Assembly: GCF_046119375.1 (NCBI RefSeq)
Contig: NW_027362762.1
Coordinates: forward strand, 354,020,001-354,084,000
Length of the DNA: 64,000 bases
Direction: 5' to 3'
Source: Phyllobates terribilis
Taxonomy: Eukaryota
Part shown: positions 1 through 12,960 of the stretch, one piece after another
How the letters are laid out: each line of letters opens with the position of its first letter
Position numbering within the stretch: the first letter of the stretch is position 1
Notes under the pieces: model-generated
Databases searched by the model: none
Told to the model about the DNA's origin: nothing
Seen by the model: the letters and a program-made list of their open reading frames with translations, nothing else
Position numbers and translations under genes: made by a program

Positions 1-2850
1 GATGAGTCTTCCATCAGTTCGTCCTCCACTTCTTCCTGGGCTCCTGCACCTTCCTCACTAGTTTGGCTGCTACCATGCGCCCTGGTAAAACCATCTCCCC
101 CACCCTCACATGCCTGCCGCCTTGGTGCTGCCGACCGTCTGGACCTTGCAGATGTTAGCCCTTCTGCATACAACTCCTCCTCCTCTACTTCCTCCACCTC
201 CTCTTGTGCCACCACCTGACTCCGAATTCTGTTTAACATGTGCTCCAGCATGTAAATCACCGGAATAGTCATGCTGATAATGGCATCGTCAGCACTAAAC
301 ATCTTCGTCGCCATTTCAAAACTGTGCAGAAGGGTGAGACCACTCCTCCAGCGTGATTTGCCCCACCTCTGGATCTCGTTGGCCCAGGCTATACGTCAGA
401 ACGTATTGCACCAGGGCTTGTCGGTGCTGCCACAGTCGCTGCAACATGTGCAGAGTTGAATTCCACCGGGTAGGCACATCGCATTTTAGCCGGTGAAGTG
501 GCAGGCCCAACGACTTCTGTAGAGATGTAAGTCGCTGAGCTGCGGGATGCGAATGGCGGAAGTGAGCACACAGCGACTGTGCCCTCTGCAGAAGGCCATC
601 TAGTCTGGGATAGTGGGCTAAAAATTGCTGGACAACCAGGTTCAACACGTGAGCCATACAAGGCACGTGTGTGACATTGCCCCGGCGAAGGGCCGCACCC
701 AGGTTTGAAGCATTGTCGCACACGGCCTTCCCTGGTTTCAGGTCCAGTGGAGACAACCATTCATGAAATTGGTTCTCCAGAGCTGACCACAACTCCTCAG
801 CTGTGTGACTCACATTTCCCAGACATTTCAATGTAAAAACCGCCTGGTGACATTGAGCCCTACTGCCAGCATAGTAAGGAGGTGTGCAGGATCCCTTCTG
901 CGCAGTTAGAAAGCTTGTGGCATGACCAGACAGGCTATGGGTGCAGGTGGAAGACCGAGAGGAGGTTGAGGAGGCAGAAGCAGTGGAGGAACTTTGACAT
1001 AAAGAGGATTGACGCACAACTCGTGGGGACGGCAAGACTTGGACAGCAGCCCCTTGTCCTGCTGTCACCATAGTTACCCAGTGCCCAGTCAGCGACATGT
1101 AACGCCCCTGTCCATGCCTACTCGTCCAAGTGTCTGTGGTGAAATGCACCCTGTCACACACAGAGTTTCTCAAAGAAGCGGTGATGTTGTGTGCGACATG
1201 CTGGTGGAGCGCAGGCACACCTTTCTTTGAGAAGTAGTGCCGACTGGGCATCTGGTACTGGGGCACTGCGACTGACATAAGGTCTCGAAAATCCTCTGTG
1301 TCCACCAGGCAGAAAGGCAGCATTTCTGTAGCCAAGAGCTTGCAGATGGTGAAATTCAACCTCTTAGCGTTCTCATGGCTAGGAGGAAATGGTCTTTTAC
1401 TAGTCCACATCTGAGGGACCGAGGGCTGGCTATTGTGCTTAGACGGGGTTGATAAGGGTGTCCCCGGCAAACTGCCGGTCTGTGAGGAAGATGCAGGCGG
1501 ACATGTTAGGTTGCCTTGATCCAAAGGTGGTGCTATCGATGTCGGACAGCGCTCAACACCAGCTGGTGTTACCACCTCCAAAGAAAATGATGACCTGCCA
1601 ATCACGCTGGCTGTTGCGGGTAAAGAGGTGGCAGGTCTGCGCCCCAAAACAGGTGTGACTGCTGTCCCCCCAGTCACAGAGGATGAAGAGGCCGCGGATG
1701 CACAATATATGGCAGACGGTGGTTGGCCCGGCCGGCTAGGCCGCATTGTAGCACACTGAGCTTCCCACTGCAACTTATGCTTCATGTCCATGTGCCGGTT
1801 CATGCATGAAGTACTCAAACTATGTATTTTTTGGCCTCTACTTAGCTTTTGCTGACAAATGTTACAGATAACACGAGTTGGGTCATCTTTATCGATCTGA
1901 AAAAATGCCCAGGCTATGCAAGGCTTAGCACCCATGCGACCTGAAGAGCCACCACGACTTGTGGTGAGAGGCAGAGTTGTGTTTGAGGATGCAGTTGTTG
2001 ACGTGCTTCCAGTACTACGTCTCTGTCCAGGAAGGCGCAACCTGACCTCGTCGTCACTAGCATCTTCCTCCACCTCCTCTGCTGACCTCATCTCTTGGCT
2101 GACTGTGGGTTGACAGTAAGTGGGATCTTCAACCTCATCATCATCACCCTGTGCGTTATCACACCCGTCGTCCTCAGAGCCAACCTGTTCCTGCCCTGAC
2201 AAAAAACTAAAGTTGTCGCTCCAATCAGGTATTTGAGTCTTATCATCGTCTTCCTCATTGTCTCCACCAACAGGAGTTACAGTTTGGGAATGAGGGTCTA
2301 CATTATGGTCAGAACCTTCTGCGTCTGGTCCTGGATCCGACTCATAAAGATTCTGGGCATCAGTGCAGATCATTTCCTCGTCTGGATTCACAGAAGCGCT
2401 GGAGTCGACCTCTGATTCCCAGGCTATAGTATGAGTAAACAGCTCTGCAGACTCAACCATCTGTTCTACCTCATACTCAGATGGGCAGCTGGAGATTTGG
2501 GAGCTGTGAGGAAGCAAGTGCGATTGGGGTGACACCTTTGAGTACTGGAGTATTTGTGATGTTGAAGTTGATGTGGAGGAGAGCCCACTTAAAGGAGCAC
2601 TTGATATCCGTTGAAGCACCTGCTGTTTTTGTGCCTCATCTGGAATTTGTAGCGATTGGCGTGGCCGTAAGAAAGGGATCTTATCACATTATCCGCTAAA
2701 AGAAGTAGACATTTTAGTTTGGCTGGAAGATGGTCTTTCTTCTGCAGATGTTACTGTTGCTTTAACACCTACCCCACGGACACAACCTTTTTTCCCCTTC
2801 CCAACACGCCTATTCCCCTTTCCACCAGCAGCAGGCCTTTTTCCACTCAT
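1..2850 (-). pseudogene. hAT transposase (ZBED-like) with two lesions; 767-aa open stretch at 316-2619
   Basis: BED finger (WAFF..CNIC..HMDMKH), FTTDTWTS (catalytic D1), VCDNASN (D2), CMAH (CxxH) and DVPTRWNS are all present. An in-frame ATG at 2850 (MSGKRPAAGGKG) is cut by TAA at 2689-2691. A frameshifting deletion lies near 340; the other frame continues LLHSFEMATKMFSADDAIISMTIPV to the window edge. Confidence 0.9.
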
Positions 2851-2954
2851 TTTGGTGGTTAACTAATTCACAACTGTGGAGTTGTTTGCACAAAAAAACA
2901 ATGGATGGGAACCGAGCAGAGCTCAGTGGCCAAACTGTGGTATTAGGCCAAAAC

Positions 2955-5762
2955 TATTGGCTGGGTTAGATGCAGAAAAAAATTATATTCAATTTGCAAC
3001 CTGATGGAGGTCAGTATAGATGGACTAATAGAACAAGTCCCACACACAGCTAGAAGCCCAAATATTTTTTCAGAGGTAGACGCAGAAAAAAATTTTATTC
3101 AGTTTGCAACCTGATGGAGGTCTGTATAGATGGATTAATAGAACAAGTCCCACACTCAGCTACAAGCCCAATATTTTTTCAGAGGTAGATGCAGAAAAAA
3201 TATATATTCAGTTTGCAACCTGATGGAGGTCAGTATAGATGGACTAATAGAGAAAGTCCCACACACTGCTAGAAGGCCAAATATTTTTTCAGAGCTAGAT
3301 GCAGACAAAAAATTATTTTGAATTTGCAACCTGATGGAGGTCAGTATAGGTGGACTAATAGAACAAGTCCCACACACTGCTAGAAGGCCAAATATTTTTT
3401 CAGAGCTAGATGCAGAAAAAAAATATATTCAGTTTGCAACCTGATGGAGGTCTGTATAGATGGATTAATAGAACAAGTCCCACACACAGCTAGAAGCCCA
3501 AATATTTTTTCAGAGGTAGATGCAGATAAAAATTATTTTTAATTTGCAATCTGATGGAGGTCAGTATAGATGGACTAATAGAGAAAGTCCCACACACTGC
3601 TAGAAGGCCAAATATTTTTTTCAGAGCTAGATGCAGATAAAAATTATTTTTAATTTGCAACCTGATGGAGGTCAGTATAGATGGACTAATAGAGAAAGTC
3701 CCACACACTGCTAGAAGGCCAAATATTTTTTCAGAGCTAGATACAGATAAAAATTATATTCAATTTGCAACCTGATGGAGGTCAGTATAGATGGACTAAT
3801 AGAACAAGTCCCACACACAGCTAGAAGCCCAAATATTTTTTCAGAGGTACTGTAGATGCAGATAAAAATTATTTTTAATTTGCAACCTGATGGAGGTCAC
3901 TATAGACGGACTAATACAACAAGTCCCACACACAGCTAGAAGCCCAATATTTTTTCAGAGGTAGATGCAGAAAAAAATATATTCAGTTTGCAACCTGATG
4001 GAGGTCAGTATAGATGGAGTAATAGAACAAGTCCCACACACAGCTAGAAGCCCAAATATTTTTTCAGAGGTAGATGCAGATAAAAATTATTTTTAATTTG
4101 CAACCTGATGGAGGTCAGTATAGATGGACTAATAGAGAAAGTCCCACACACTGCTAGAAGGCCAAATATTTTTTCAGAGCTAGATGCAGATAAAAATTAT
4201 ATTCAATTTGCAACCTGATGGAGGTCAGTATAGATGGACTAATAGAGAAAGTCCCACACACTGCTAGAAGGCCAAATATTTTTTCAGAGCTAGATGCAGA
4301 TAAAAATTATATTCAATTTGCAACCTGATGGAGGTCAGTATAGATGGACTAATAGAACAAGTCCCACACACTGCTAGAAGGCCACATATTTTTTCAGAGG
4401 TAGATGCAGAAAAAAATATATTCAGTTTGCAACCTGATGGAGGTCTGTATAGATGGATTAATAGAACAAGTCCCACACACAGCTAGAAGCCCAATATTTT
4501 TTCAGAGGTAGATGCAGAAAAAAATATATTCAGTTTGCAACCTGATGGATGTCTGTATAGATGGATTAATAGAACAAGTCCCACACACAGCTAGAAGCCC
4601 AATATTTTTTCAGAGGTAGATGCAGAAAAAAATATATTCAGTTTGCAACCTGATGGAGGTCAGTATAGATGGACTAATACAACAAGTCACACACACAGCT
4701 AGAAGCCCAATATTTTTTCAGAGGTAGATGCAGAAAAAAATATATTCAGTTTGCAACCTGATGGAGGTCTGTATAGATGGATTAATAGAACAAGTCCCAC
4801 ACACAGCTAGAAGCCCAATATTTTTTCAGAGGTAGATGCAGAAAAAAATATATTCAGTTTGCAACCTGATGGAGGTCAGTATAGATGGACTAATACAACA
4901 AGTCCCACACACAGCTAGAAGCCCAATATTTTTTCAGAGGTAGATGCAGAAAAAAATATATTCAGTTTGCAACCTGATGGATGTCTGTATAGATGGATTA
5001 ATAGAACAAGTCCCACACACAGCTAGAAGCCCAATATTTTTTCAGAGGTAGATGCAGAAAAAAATATATTCAGTTTGCAACCTGATGGAGGTCAGTATAG
5101 ATGGACTAATACAACAAGTCACACACACAGCTAGAAGCCCAATATTTTTTCAGAGGTAGATGCAGAAAAAAATATATTCAGTTTGCAACCTGATGGAGGT
5201 CTGTATAGATGGATTAATAGAACAAGTCCCACACACAGCTAGAAGCCCAATATTTTTTTCAGAGGTAGATGCAGAAAAAAATATATTCAGTTTGCAACCT
5301 GATGGAGATCAGTATAGATGGACTAATACAACAAGTCCCACACACAGCTAGAAGCCCAATATTTTTTCAGAGGTAGATGCAGAAAAAAAATATTCAGTTT
5401 GCAACCTGATGGATGTCTGTATAGATGGATTAATAGAACAAGTCCCACACACAGCTAGAAGCCCAATATTTTTTCAGAGGTAGATGCAGAAAAAAATATA
5501 TTCAGTTTGCAACCTGATGGAGGTCAGTATAGATGGACTAATACAACAAGTCCCACATACAGCTAGAAGCCCAATATTTTTTCAGAGCTAGATGCAGAAA
5601 AAAATATATTCAGTTTGCAACCTGATGGAGGTCAGTATAGATGGACTAATACAACAAGTCCCACATACAGCTAGAAGCCCAATATTTTTTCAGAGCTAGA
5701 TGCAGAAAAAAAATATATTCAATTTGCAACCTGATGGAGGTCAGTATAGATGGACTAATAGA
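2955..5762. repeat. Tandem array of an ~108-bp unit, ~25-26 copies, inside the hAT 5' region
   Basis: Unit ~GTCCCACACACAGCTAGAAGCCCAATATTTTTTCAGAGGTAGATGCAGAAAAAAATATATTCAGTTTGCAACCTGATGGAGGTCAGTATAGATGGACTAATAGAACAA. Equivalent positions at 4443 and 4551 give a 108-bp period. Confidence 0.95.
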
Positions 5763-6679
5763 ATGATGCTATGCCCAAAAGATTTTACTTCACTAGGTGC
5801 AGTAAAAAAATTGGTATTGTATACACAGGTGGTATATCTTGCAACACAGATAGGCTACTCCACTGACTAACACACTCTGCAATAGGCCAAAAAGGATTAG
5901 CTTTGCTAGATTCAGCCAAATGCTGTGAAAAAAACTTGCACAGCACTGGCACAGACCTGCCTGGCAAAAACTGATAGGAACTGATGTAACCTAGTCCTGA
6001 AAAGGACTCCAATTACAATTAGTCTTTACTCCCACAATCTATCTATTTAAGAGCACAGACCTGCCTGATAAAAGTCATAGGAAATGCTGTAACCTAGTCC
6101 TTAAAAGGACTGCAATCACAACTATTCCCTACTCCCAAGCTATCTGTAGATTTGTGCAAAAATTGGCTTGAAATTAACAAGGTATAGTGCACACAGCAAC
6201 AGCGGTGCCATCTAACACGCAGCTGCAGCAGTGAGAAAATGGTGGCGACGGGGAAAATGGCTTGGTCTTATAGGGCAAGGACATGTGACATACACTGCCA
6301 ATGACACATGCCCTTGCTTGGTGAAAAAAAGCACTTCGCTCCGTGTGTGCGCTGCTGATAGGCTGACAGATTGCACCTCCCCACTGTAAATGCGGGAAAG
6401 AGAAAAAAAAAATGGAGATCTTCATTGTTCCTGCAGAGATCCATCCCCTGCCCCTCCCCCCACCCCGCTGTACACTCAAACTGCGTATTAACATTAATTT
6501 TCATCATTACGGAGAAAAAATCCAGTTATAATTTTGGTGCACGAACAGTTATCGAACATAACCTCGAACAGCCGAATTTTTCTCAAATTGTTCGTGTTCG
6601 CCGAACGGCTCGAACACCGCCCAAAACAGCTCGAATTTGAGATTGGCGAACAGTTCGAGTAGAACAACGCTCATCTCTA

Positions 6680-7909
6680 CTGAAAATATGTCTTATATTG
6701 TAGGTTCTTCAAAGTAGCCACCTTTTCCTTTAATGACTTCTCTGCACTCTCTTGGAATTCTCTTGATGAACTTCAAGAGGTAGTCACCGGAAATGGTCTT
6801 CCAACAATCTTGAAGGAGTTCCCAGAGATGCTTAGCACTTTTTGGCCCTTTTGCCTTCACTCTGCGGTCCAGCTCACCCCAAACCATCTCAATTGGGTTC
6901 AGGTCAGGTGACTGTGGAGGCCAGGTCATCTGACGTAGCACCCCATCACTCTCCTTCTTGGTCAAATAGCCCTTACACAGCCTGGAGGTGTGTTTGGGGT
7001 CATTGTCTTGTTGAAAAATAAATGATGGTCCAACTAAATGCAAACTGGATGGAATAGCATGCCGCTGCAAGATGCTGTGGTAGTCATGCTGGTTCAGTAT
7101 GCCTTCAATTTTGAATAAATCCCCAACAGTGTCACCAGCAAAGCACCCCCACACCATCACACCTCCTCCTCCATGCTTCACGGTGGGAACCAGGCATGTA
7201 GAGTCCATCCATTCACCTTTTCTGCGTCACACAAAGACAGGTGGTTGGTACCAAAGATCTCAAATTTGGATTCATCAGACCAAAGCATAGATTTCCACTG
7301 GTCTAATGTCCATTCCTTGTGTTCTTTAGGCCAAACAAGTCTCTTCTGCTTGTTGCCTGTCCTTAGCAGTGGTTTCCAAGCAGCTATTTTACCATGAAGG
7401 CCTGCTCCACAAAGTCTCCTCTTAACAGTTGTTGTAGAGAGATTTGTCTGCTGCTAGAACTCTGTGTGGCATTGACCTGGTCTCTAATCTGAGCTGCTGT
7501 TAACCTGAGATTTTGGAGGCTGGTGACTCGGATAAACTTATCCTCAGAAGCAGAGGTGACTCTTGGTCTTCCTTTCCTGTGGCGGTCCTCATGTGAGCCA
7601 GTTTCTTTGTAGCGCTTGATGGTTTTTGCAACTGCACTTGGGGACACATTCAAAGTTTGCCCAATTTTTCAGACAGACTGACCTTCATTTCTTAAAGTAA
7701 TGATGTCCATTTGTTTTTCTTTACTTAGCTGCTTTTCTCTTGCCATAATACAAATTCTAACAGTCCATTCAGTAGGACTATCAGCTGTGTATCCACCTGA
7801 CTTCCGCACAACACAACTGATGGTCCCAACCAGATTTTTAAGGCAAGAAATCCCACTTATTAAACCTGACAGGGCACACCTGTGAAGTGGAAACCATTTC
7901 CGGTGACTA
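6680..7909 (-). mobile_element. Tc1-superfamily DD38E (Intruder-type) transposon, both TIRs truncated
   Basis: Same family as 46321-53525. The inverted repeat GTAGTCACCGGAAATGGT (~6780) / ACCATTTCCGGTGACTAC (~7892-7909) is the inner end of the long TIR. The outer part of one TIR is cut off by the hAT end at 6679. Confidence 0.9.
6693..7746 (-). pseudogene. DD38E transposase with stop and frameshifts
   Basis: ATG at 7746 (MAREKQLSKEK...). Motifs VMVWGCF and FQQDNDPKH...WPPQSPDLNPIE, with 38 residues between the second D and the E. Confidence 0.9.
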
Positions 7910-9942
7910 CAGCAAATTTTTTACAAAGACGCTGTTATAGTTTTATACAATAAAACATGAGTATGATTGTGAATATAATTAGATTTACACAGTAATTTTA
8001 AAAATCATAAATAAAATTATATTTATGTTCCTATAAAAGAAAAACAAGAAACACATCCTAATATATATTTTAATTAATTCCTTGTTCCTATTATATTTTT
8101 GCCCCTAGAGGAAGGAAGGAAAAAACAAAAACCACATCCTGATAGACATTTCCAATAAACCCTTATTGCTATTCAGTGTTCTCTATGCATTCATTTAAAC
8201 CATCTTTTTGAGAGTTCAAAGTTTGAAGATCCAATAGGACTTCCTATTGATGAGTCTGTGCAGTCTATTGGTGTATTCTCTGATATGTATTCTAATTCAG
8301 TTAGTTTCAAATTACTGGGATCCTTATTGTGTTACGTTAAAAAATGTCTTGAAAAACTATGACTTCATTTTTGATGTTGTGCCTATGTCCATTCATCCTG
8401 GTATGTATGGCCTGGATCATGCTACCTACATCTTGCAATTTACACTTGCATTCCAATAGATAGATTACAATGAACAAAATCTTTGGAAACAATTCTCCCA
8501 TGGACCTAGAGGAAAAAACCTTCTCACCATGTCTTATCAGCGCTTCTATTTCTTTTTATTTCAATATTGAAGTAGAACATTTTTAAACATCAATTGAAGA
8601 TACAGCACTCCAATGAACAATGTACTTGTAAATACAGTTGTAGCACACTGGGCCAACTTGAAAAAGAGTATTAGCATTTGGGTACAAAACTTTGTATTGT
8701 ATGATTTTGACAAATTTTAATGCTTCCTGATTCAATAACTTAGAGAGGAGTAGATCTGACAAAATTCGCCATATCACATGGATTTTCCCTGACAATTTGA
8801 TTTCCAGCTAAGTTAATCTCTGTAACTTGAATGTCTCCTGTTATACTTTGGGGTCTCTCCAGATCCCAGAGCATAATAAACATAAGATATAAATAAAAAA
8901 AAAATCACTCACCTGACTGCTCACCTGCCCGCCATCTGATTCTCAGACCAACTTTTCGTTCCCCCAAATCGCAAACATAATCTTCCAGCCAGTTCATTCT
9001 AGGAAGGACTTCCATCAGCAACCAGGCCTCAGAGGCTCTGAGGTCCCAGCAGTGGGCAATGGACAGTGCTATTCATTTTGCTGTCGCATCTTCAACTTCT
9101 TCACTCTAGGTTGAGTCTTCCTATCGCAACCAGACCACAGAGGTCACTGTGCCACATATATTTGACGCCGTGATGTGTTCAATGCTTGGTAACCTCTGAG
9201 GCCTGGTGGCACCCAAAAGTCATGGCTGATTGAGAATAAGCTGATTGAGCTTGTAAGAGGGGAAAGAGGCAGGACAGATGGTAACAATCAGTGCAGGAGC
9301 CAGAAAATTGAGTGATGAGGTGAGTATAAGTTTTTTATTTCTTAAACTTTTACTAACTGACTTTAGTTCAGTAAAATGGCAGCTAGACAGCTGCCATTTT
9401 TCTGCAGCCACATGAACTAAATTTACAAAATTCTATTTTCTCACAAATGTGAATGTTTTGCATATTCAAATGGATTTCAATTCTACTCAAATGAATTTGC
9501 TCACCTTTATTAATTATCCATTTTAGGCAATTTTATACAAATGATTTGTTATATTATAGATTTCCTGGCTCTCTTTGGCTCAATTAAATTCTTACTGATT
9601 GTGGTCTGACTGAGCTGAATTGAGCTCTGCGGAGCCCCCTCTTGAATGGATTAACGGTTTGCATGCTAGATTTTTACTTTATTCATGGTTTTTGAGACCG
9701 CTGGAAATAGCAAAATGCTGTTCTTTGTTATTTTCTGGCAGTCCAATAGACAATGAATGGAGCATGGATTGAGTCCTATTCTTGGGATCTCAATCAGTAA
9801 GTCATCACCCATTCTACGGATAGGGCATAGCTTTGATTTGTAACAATGCCCCACTATGAAAGTAGCAACACAAATGGAATGAATTGTAAAAATCTTATAA
9901 GTGTTTTGATGACATTTGCATTGTGCCAGAGATAAGAATCTA

Positions 9943-9983
<41 letters not shown>
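9943..9983. repeat. (AAT)n microsatellite, ~13 units
   Basis: Direct inspection of the sequence. Confidence 0.97.
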
Positions 9984-9985
<2 letters not shown>

Positions 9986-10206
9986 CAACTAGAATTGAAC
10001 ACACACAGATGGTAAAATATTTAGTTTGGTAACATCTGCTTTCCTGCATTTCTCTTCATCACTATAGTAATTGCTTTTTCTCTAAATATTCAACAGAAAA
10101 AGCTAAACAATGAACAATGAACAAAGTATAGTACAAAGCCATAAAAACAAAAGGTTACATCCAGACCTGAACTCTAAGTGAAATGAGTCAAAATCAAGAG
10201 GGAATT

Positions 10207-10546
10207 GGATGTTTTGTCCCCAGCAGTTTGCCCCCAGCAGTTTGCCCCCAGCAATTCGTCCCCAGCAATTTGCCTCCGGGTACATTTCACCCCCGCACAT
10301 TTCATCCCCAGCATTTGGCCCCCAGGATGTTTTACCCCCGCACATCTCTCCCCCGCACATATCGCCCCCAGTTCGAAGCGTCCAGGGGCGAAACATGCGG
10401 GGGCGAAATGTGCGGGGGCGAATCTTCCTGGGGGCGAAATAATAAGGGTGAAATGTGCGGGGGTGAAATGTACCTGGGGGCGAACAGATGGGGGCGAACT
10501 GCTGGGGGCAAATTGATGGGGGTGAACTGCTGGGGGCGAAACTTCC
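10207..10546. mobile_element. 340-bp foldback/MITE-like element made of 14-15-bp C5-containing units
   Basis: Left end GGATGTTTTGTCCCCAGCAG matches the reverse complement of the right end (GGAAGTTTCGCCCCCAGCAG). The arms are imperfectly complementary up to a short central loop near 10370-10384. The TSD is ambiguous (TT on both sides). Confidence 0.75.
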
Positions 10547-12402
10547 TTTAACCAAATTAAGATGTAAATTAAAGTAAAAAGAGAAGCCATATCCAAAATA
10601 CTAAATGTGACACAAACAAATTAGAACACAAACAAGAACTTAATACAATACGTATAGTTCATATCACACAGTGGGTAATGTGACTTGCAAACACAGATGA
10701 GGACATTTGCTTTTTGCTGAAAAGAATTTTAAAACTAAAGAGTATCATACGTTTTATGGTTTAATGTTTTTGTATTTTGCATGATGGATCACATCAGATT
10801 TGTACCTCTGTTCTGTGCCTGTTGTGCTATTGTGACTTGGTTGTTATGTGTCCTCTCAGTACACTCATTATCTACAGTAATCTGATTCTCCTCCGCAAAA
10901 GCTGTCATCTTGCAAAGCTTAACAGAACACTACCAGAGTGACAAGAGTAGGAAGTCAAAAATAGGAAAACAAAAAGGCTTTATTTATTAAGCCACTCTGT
11001 CAAATATATTTTTTAGTTTAAAGCTATGTATTTCTTGACATTAAAACAGTCCAATTTTATGTACATTAATTTTAGATGGATGACTATACATAATTTCAGG
11101 ATAAGAGGGGAGCTAAACCTTGAAAATTTGCTCTTGCAGTGTATCAGAAAACCCATTAATGCAGTTTTTTGAAGATATAAAGGATTTAGATATTTTAAAT
11201 TATAATTTGGTGTGGTTGTGCTGTGAATATCAGGTAAACATTTAGCTCCCTGCTTGATCATCACTGTGGCAACTCAGTAAACTGAGTACACACACACAAG
11301 GTATGCTTAATATGTTCAATGGATGAGTGGCATAAAATCTGTAATCCTTTTGCATGTTTAGCAATATTACCTTGTAAAAATGATCCTATTATGCCACTAA
11401 ATATCATTTTCTAGTTTTCTTTTTACATTATTAAAGTTCACCTTGGAGTAGTAAATGAACTAAAAGAAAAAAATGAAGCAATATAAGCTTATACTCAGTG
11501 AATTGCACACCACTGTAGCACGGTTTCTCTGTTGTCCCCACTAGTAATGGAGATAAGGACATCGAATGCATTCGAAACCTGACTGATGTAGCCAAGCAAT
11601 GGACTCAGCAGTGATGTTTCCATGTAGACCAACAGACCTTTGAGGCCAGTGATTGGCAGTAGAGGTCAAGTGACTCTTGTATGGAACATCATCACATCCA
11701 TTACTGAAGGGGAGTGGAAGGTGATTCAAAGGATAAGTAATGATTATTTCTATAGTTGAGCAAAAAGATTTGCAGGACCCTGTTTTAGAGGCCAATTTGG
11801 TAATCTATGGTTGCTGGACCGGAGCCATGTAAACCTCCTGCCTGACAGCATCTCTGGCGCCTCTTCTGATTAGTAGATCAGGCACAACATTATTGTTTTA
11901 TCATGACACACGCACAACATCGTGCTGAGAATGCTGGCAGGTGGAAGGAGGTTTGCAGGCTATGGACAATGAACATGGCCACTCTACCTGGGTGCAGTGG
12001 CGTAATGAGAGTCCTATGGGCCTCTGTTCAAAATTTTAACCTGAGCCCTCACCAGAATATTGGTCAGATGTACAGTAGCATTTTAGATCCTATGAAGACA
12101 CCCATTAAAAAAGACTACAGATTAAAGATATAAATGTCATAGAAAGCAAAGCAATAAATAAAAATATCAAAATATTGTTACTGAACAAGTCTTTAATACT
12201 AAAACTTATATACCAATAATAAACCATATGAAGGGGATAAATACTCCAACACAAAGGTCAATTTGTCATCTGTAGATGGTATAAACATCTTTAGTACAGG
12301 TAAATCCAGTGACATACCCGTAATTCCTCAAATCAGAGTCATTCATTTTTCCTTTTCTATTTCATCCCATTTAGACCACTGTGACGTCTTCCAGACAGGA
12401 AC

Positions 12403-12960
12403 TGTCACGGTGTGTCTGAAGTGACAGTCGCCCTGCAGCTGGATGCAGGAGATTTCTACGTTTGGCATTACAGACATCTTCTTAGAGGCTATCTCAAAGA
12501 CCCAGCAGCTACATCCCTCTGGCTAATTAACTCCATGGCCTGGTTGTATAAATGCTGGGTGTGTTCTAGAGGGAGGTGCAGGCGATATTCATTACTATCT
12601 GTGAAGGCTATACAAGAGCAGTACTTTGCCCTCTCTGGAGCTTGAGGACATGTGTGCATTTGTCTGGAGTCATCTAAAGTTAAGCTATTTCCCCCTGTTT
12701 GTCCTTCCTTGTTGTCTGTCGTGTTTAGTGGAGATCGACTAGTGCTCATATCCTCCCTTCCCTAGCCTGAGCCAAATGCCAGGGTAAGACAGGCCGAGGT
12801 ACGCATTCGGATGAAGAGCCAATATAGGGACATTAGGGGAGACAGGGTGACGCTAGATCAACCTAGAAGGGCTCCACTTCCCTTCCTTTCCCTAGAGTCT
12901 GGGCTCCCTTTCCCTCTTTCCTTTGTGTTTCACTCAGATTTTCCTACACCTTGCGTGACA
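12403..12960. mobile_element. Solo LTR, 558 bp
   Basis: TGTCACG...CGTGACA inverted termini and a perfect 5-bp TSD GGAAC (12398-12402 / 12961-12965). Confidence 0.9.

Larger units (their letters stand above)
1..6679 (-). mobile_element. hAT DNA transposon, 5' part (TIR, subterminal region, tandem array, transposase); 3' part lies beyond the window start
   Basis: The terminus CGCTCATCTCTA at 6668-6679 reads TAGAGATGAGCG on the minus strand. CGAAC/GTTCG motifs cluster at about 6540-6665. The transposase ORF is on the minus strand. The terminus abuts an interrupted Tc1-family TIR at 6680. Confidence 0.85.

Noticed and set aside
316-2619. Domesticated ZBED-type host gene
   Set aside because: It has an upstream in-frame stop, a downstream frameshift, and a retained TIR and array, and related decayed copies lie nearby, so it is a transposon copy.
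2955-5762. Regular repeats as a possible CRISPR array
   Set aside because: The units are contiguous with no unique spacers, there are no cas genes, and the context is eukaryotic TEs. The same applies to the 52-, 90-, 159- and 200-bp arrays.
9750-9796. Possible small exon (AG|ACAATG...ATCA|GTAAGT)
   Set aside because: It is short, has a competing upstream AG, and gives a stop if joined in phase to the 8301-8400 candidate. It is not distinguishable from chance.
9666-10049. 127-aa ORF with poly-Leu resembling a signal or transmembrane segment
   Set aside because: The poly-Leu is the (TTA)n microsatellite, and no family is recognisable.
10103-10596. Overlapping Pro/Gly-rich ORFs on both strands
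   Set aside because: These are a by-product of the stop-poor GC-rich foldback.
11541-11795. Stop-poor stretch with splice-like signals on both strands
   Set aside because: No recognisable protein and no consistent exon boundaries.
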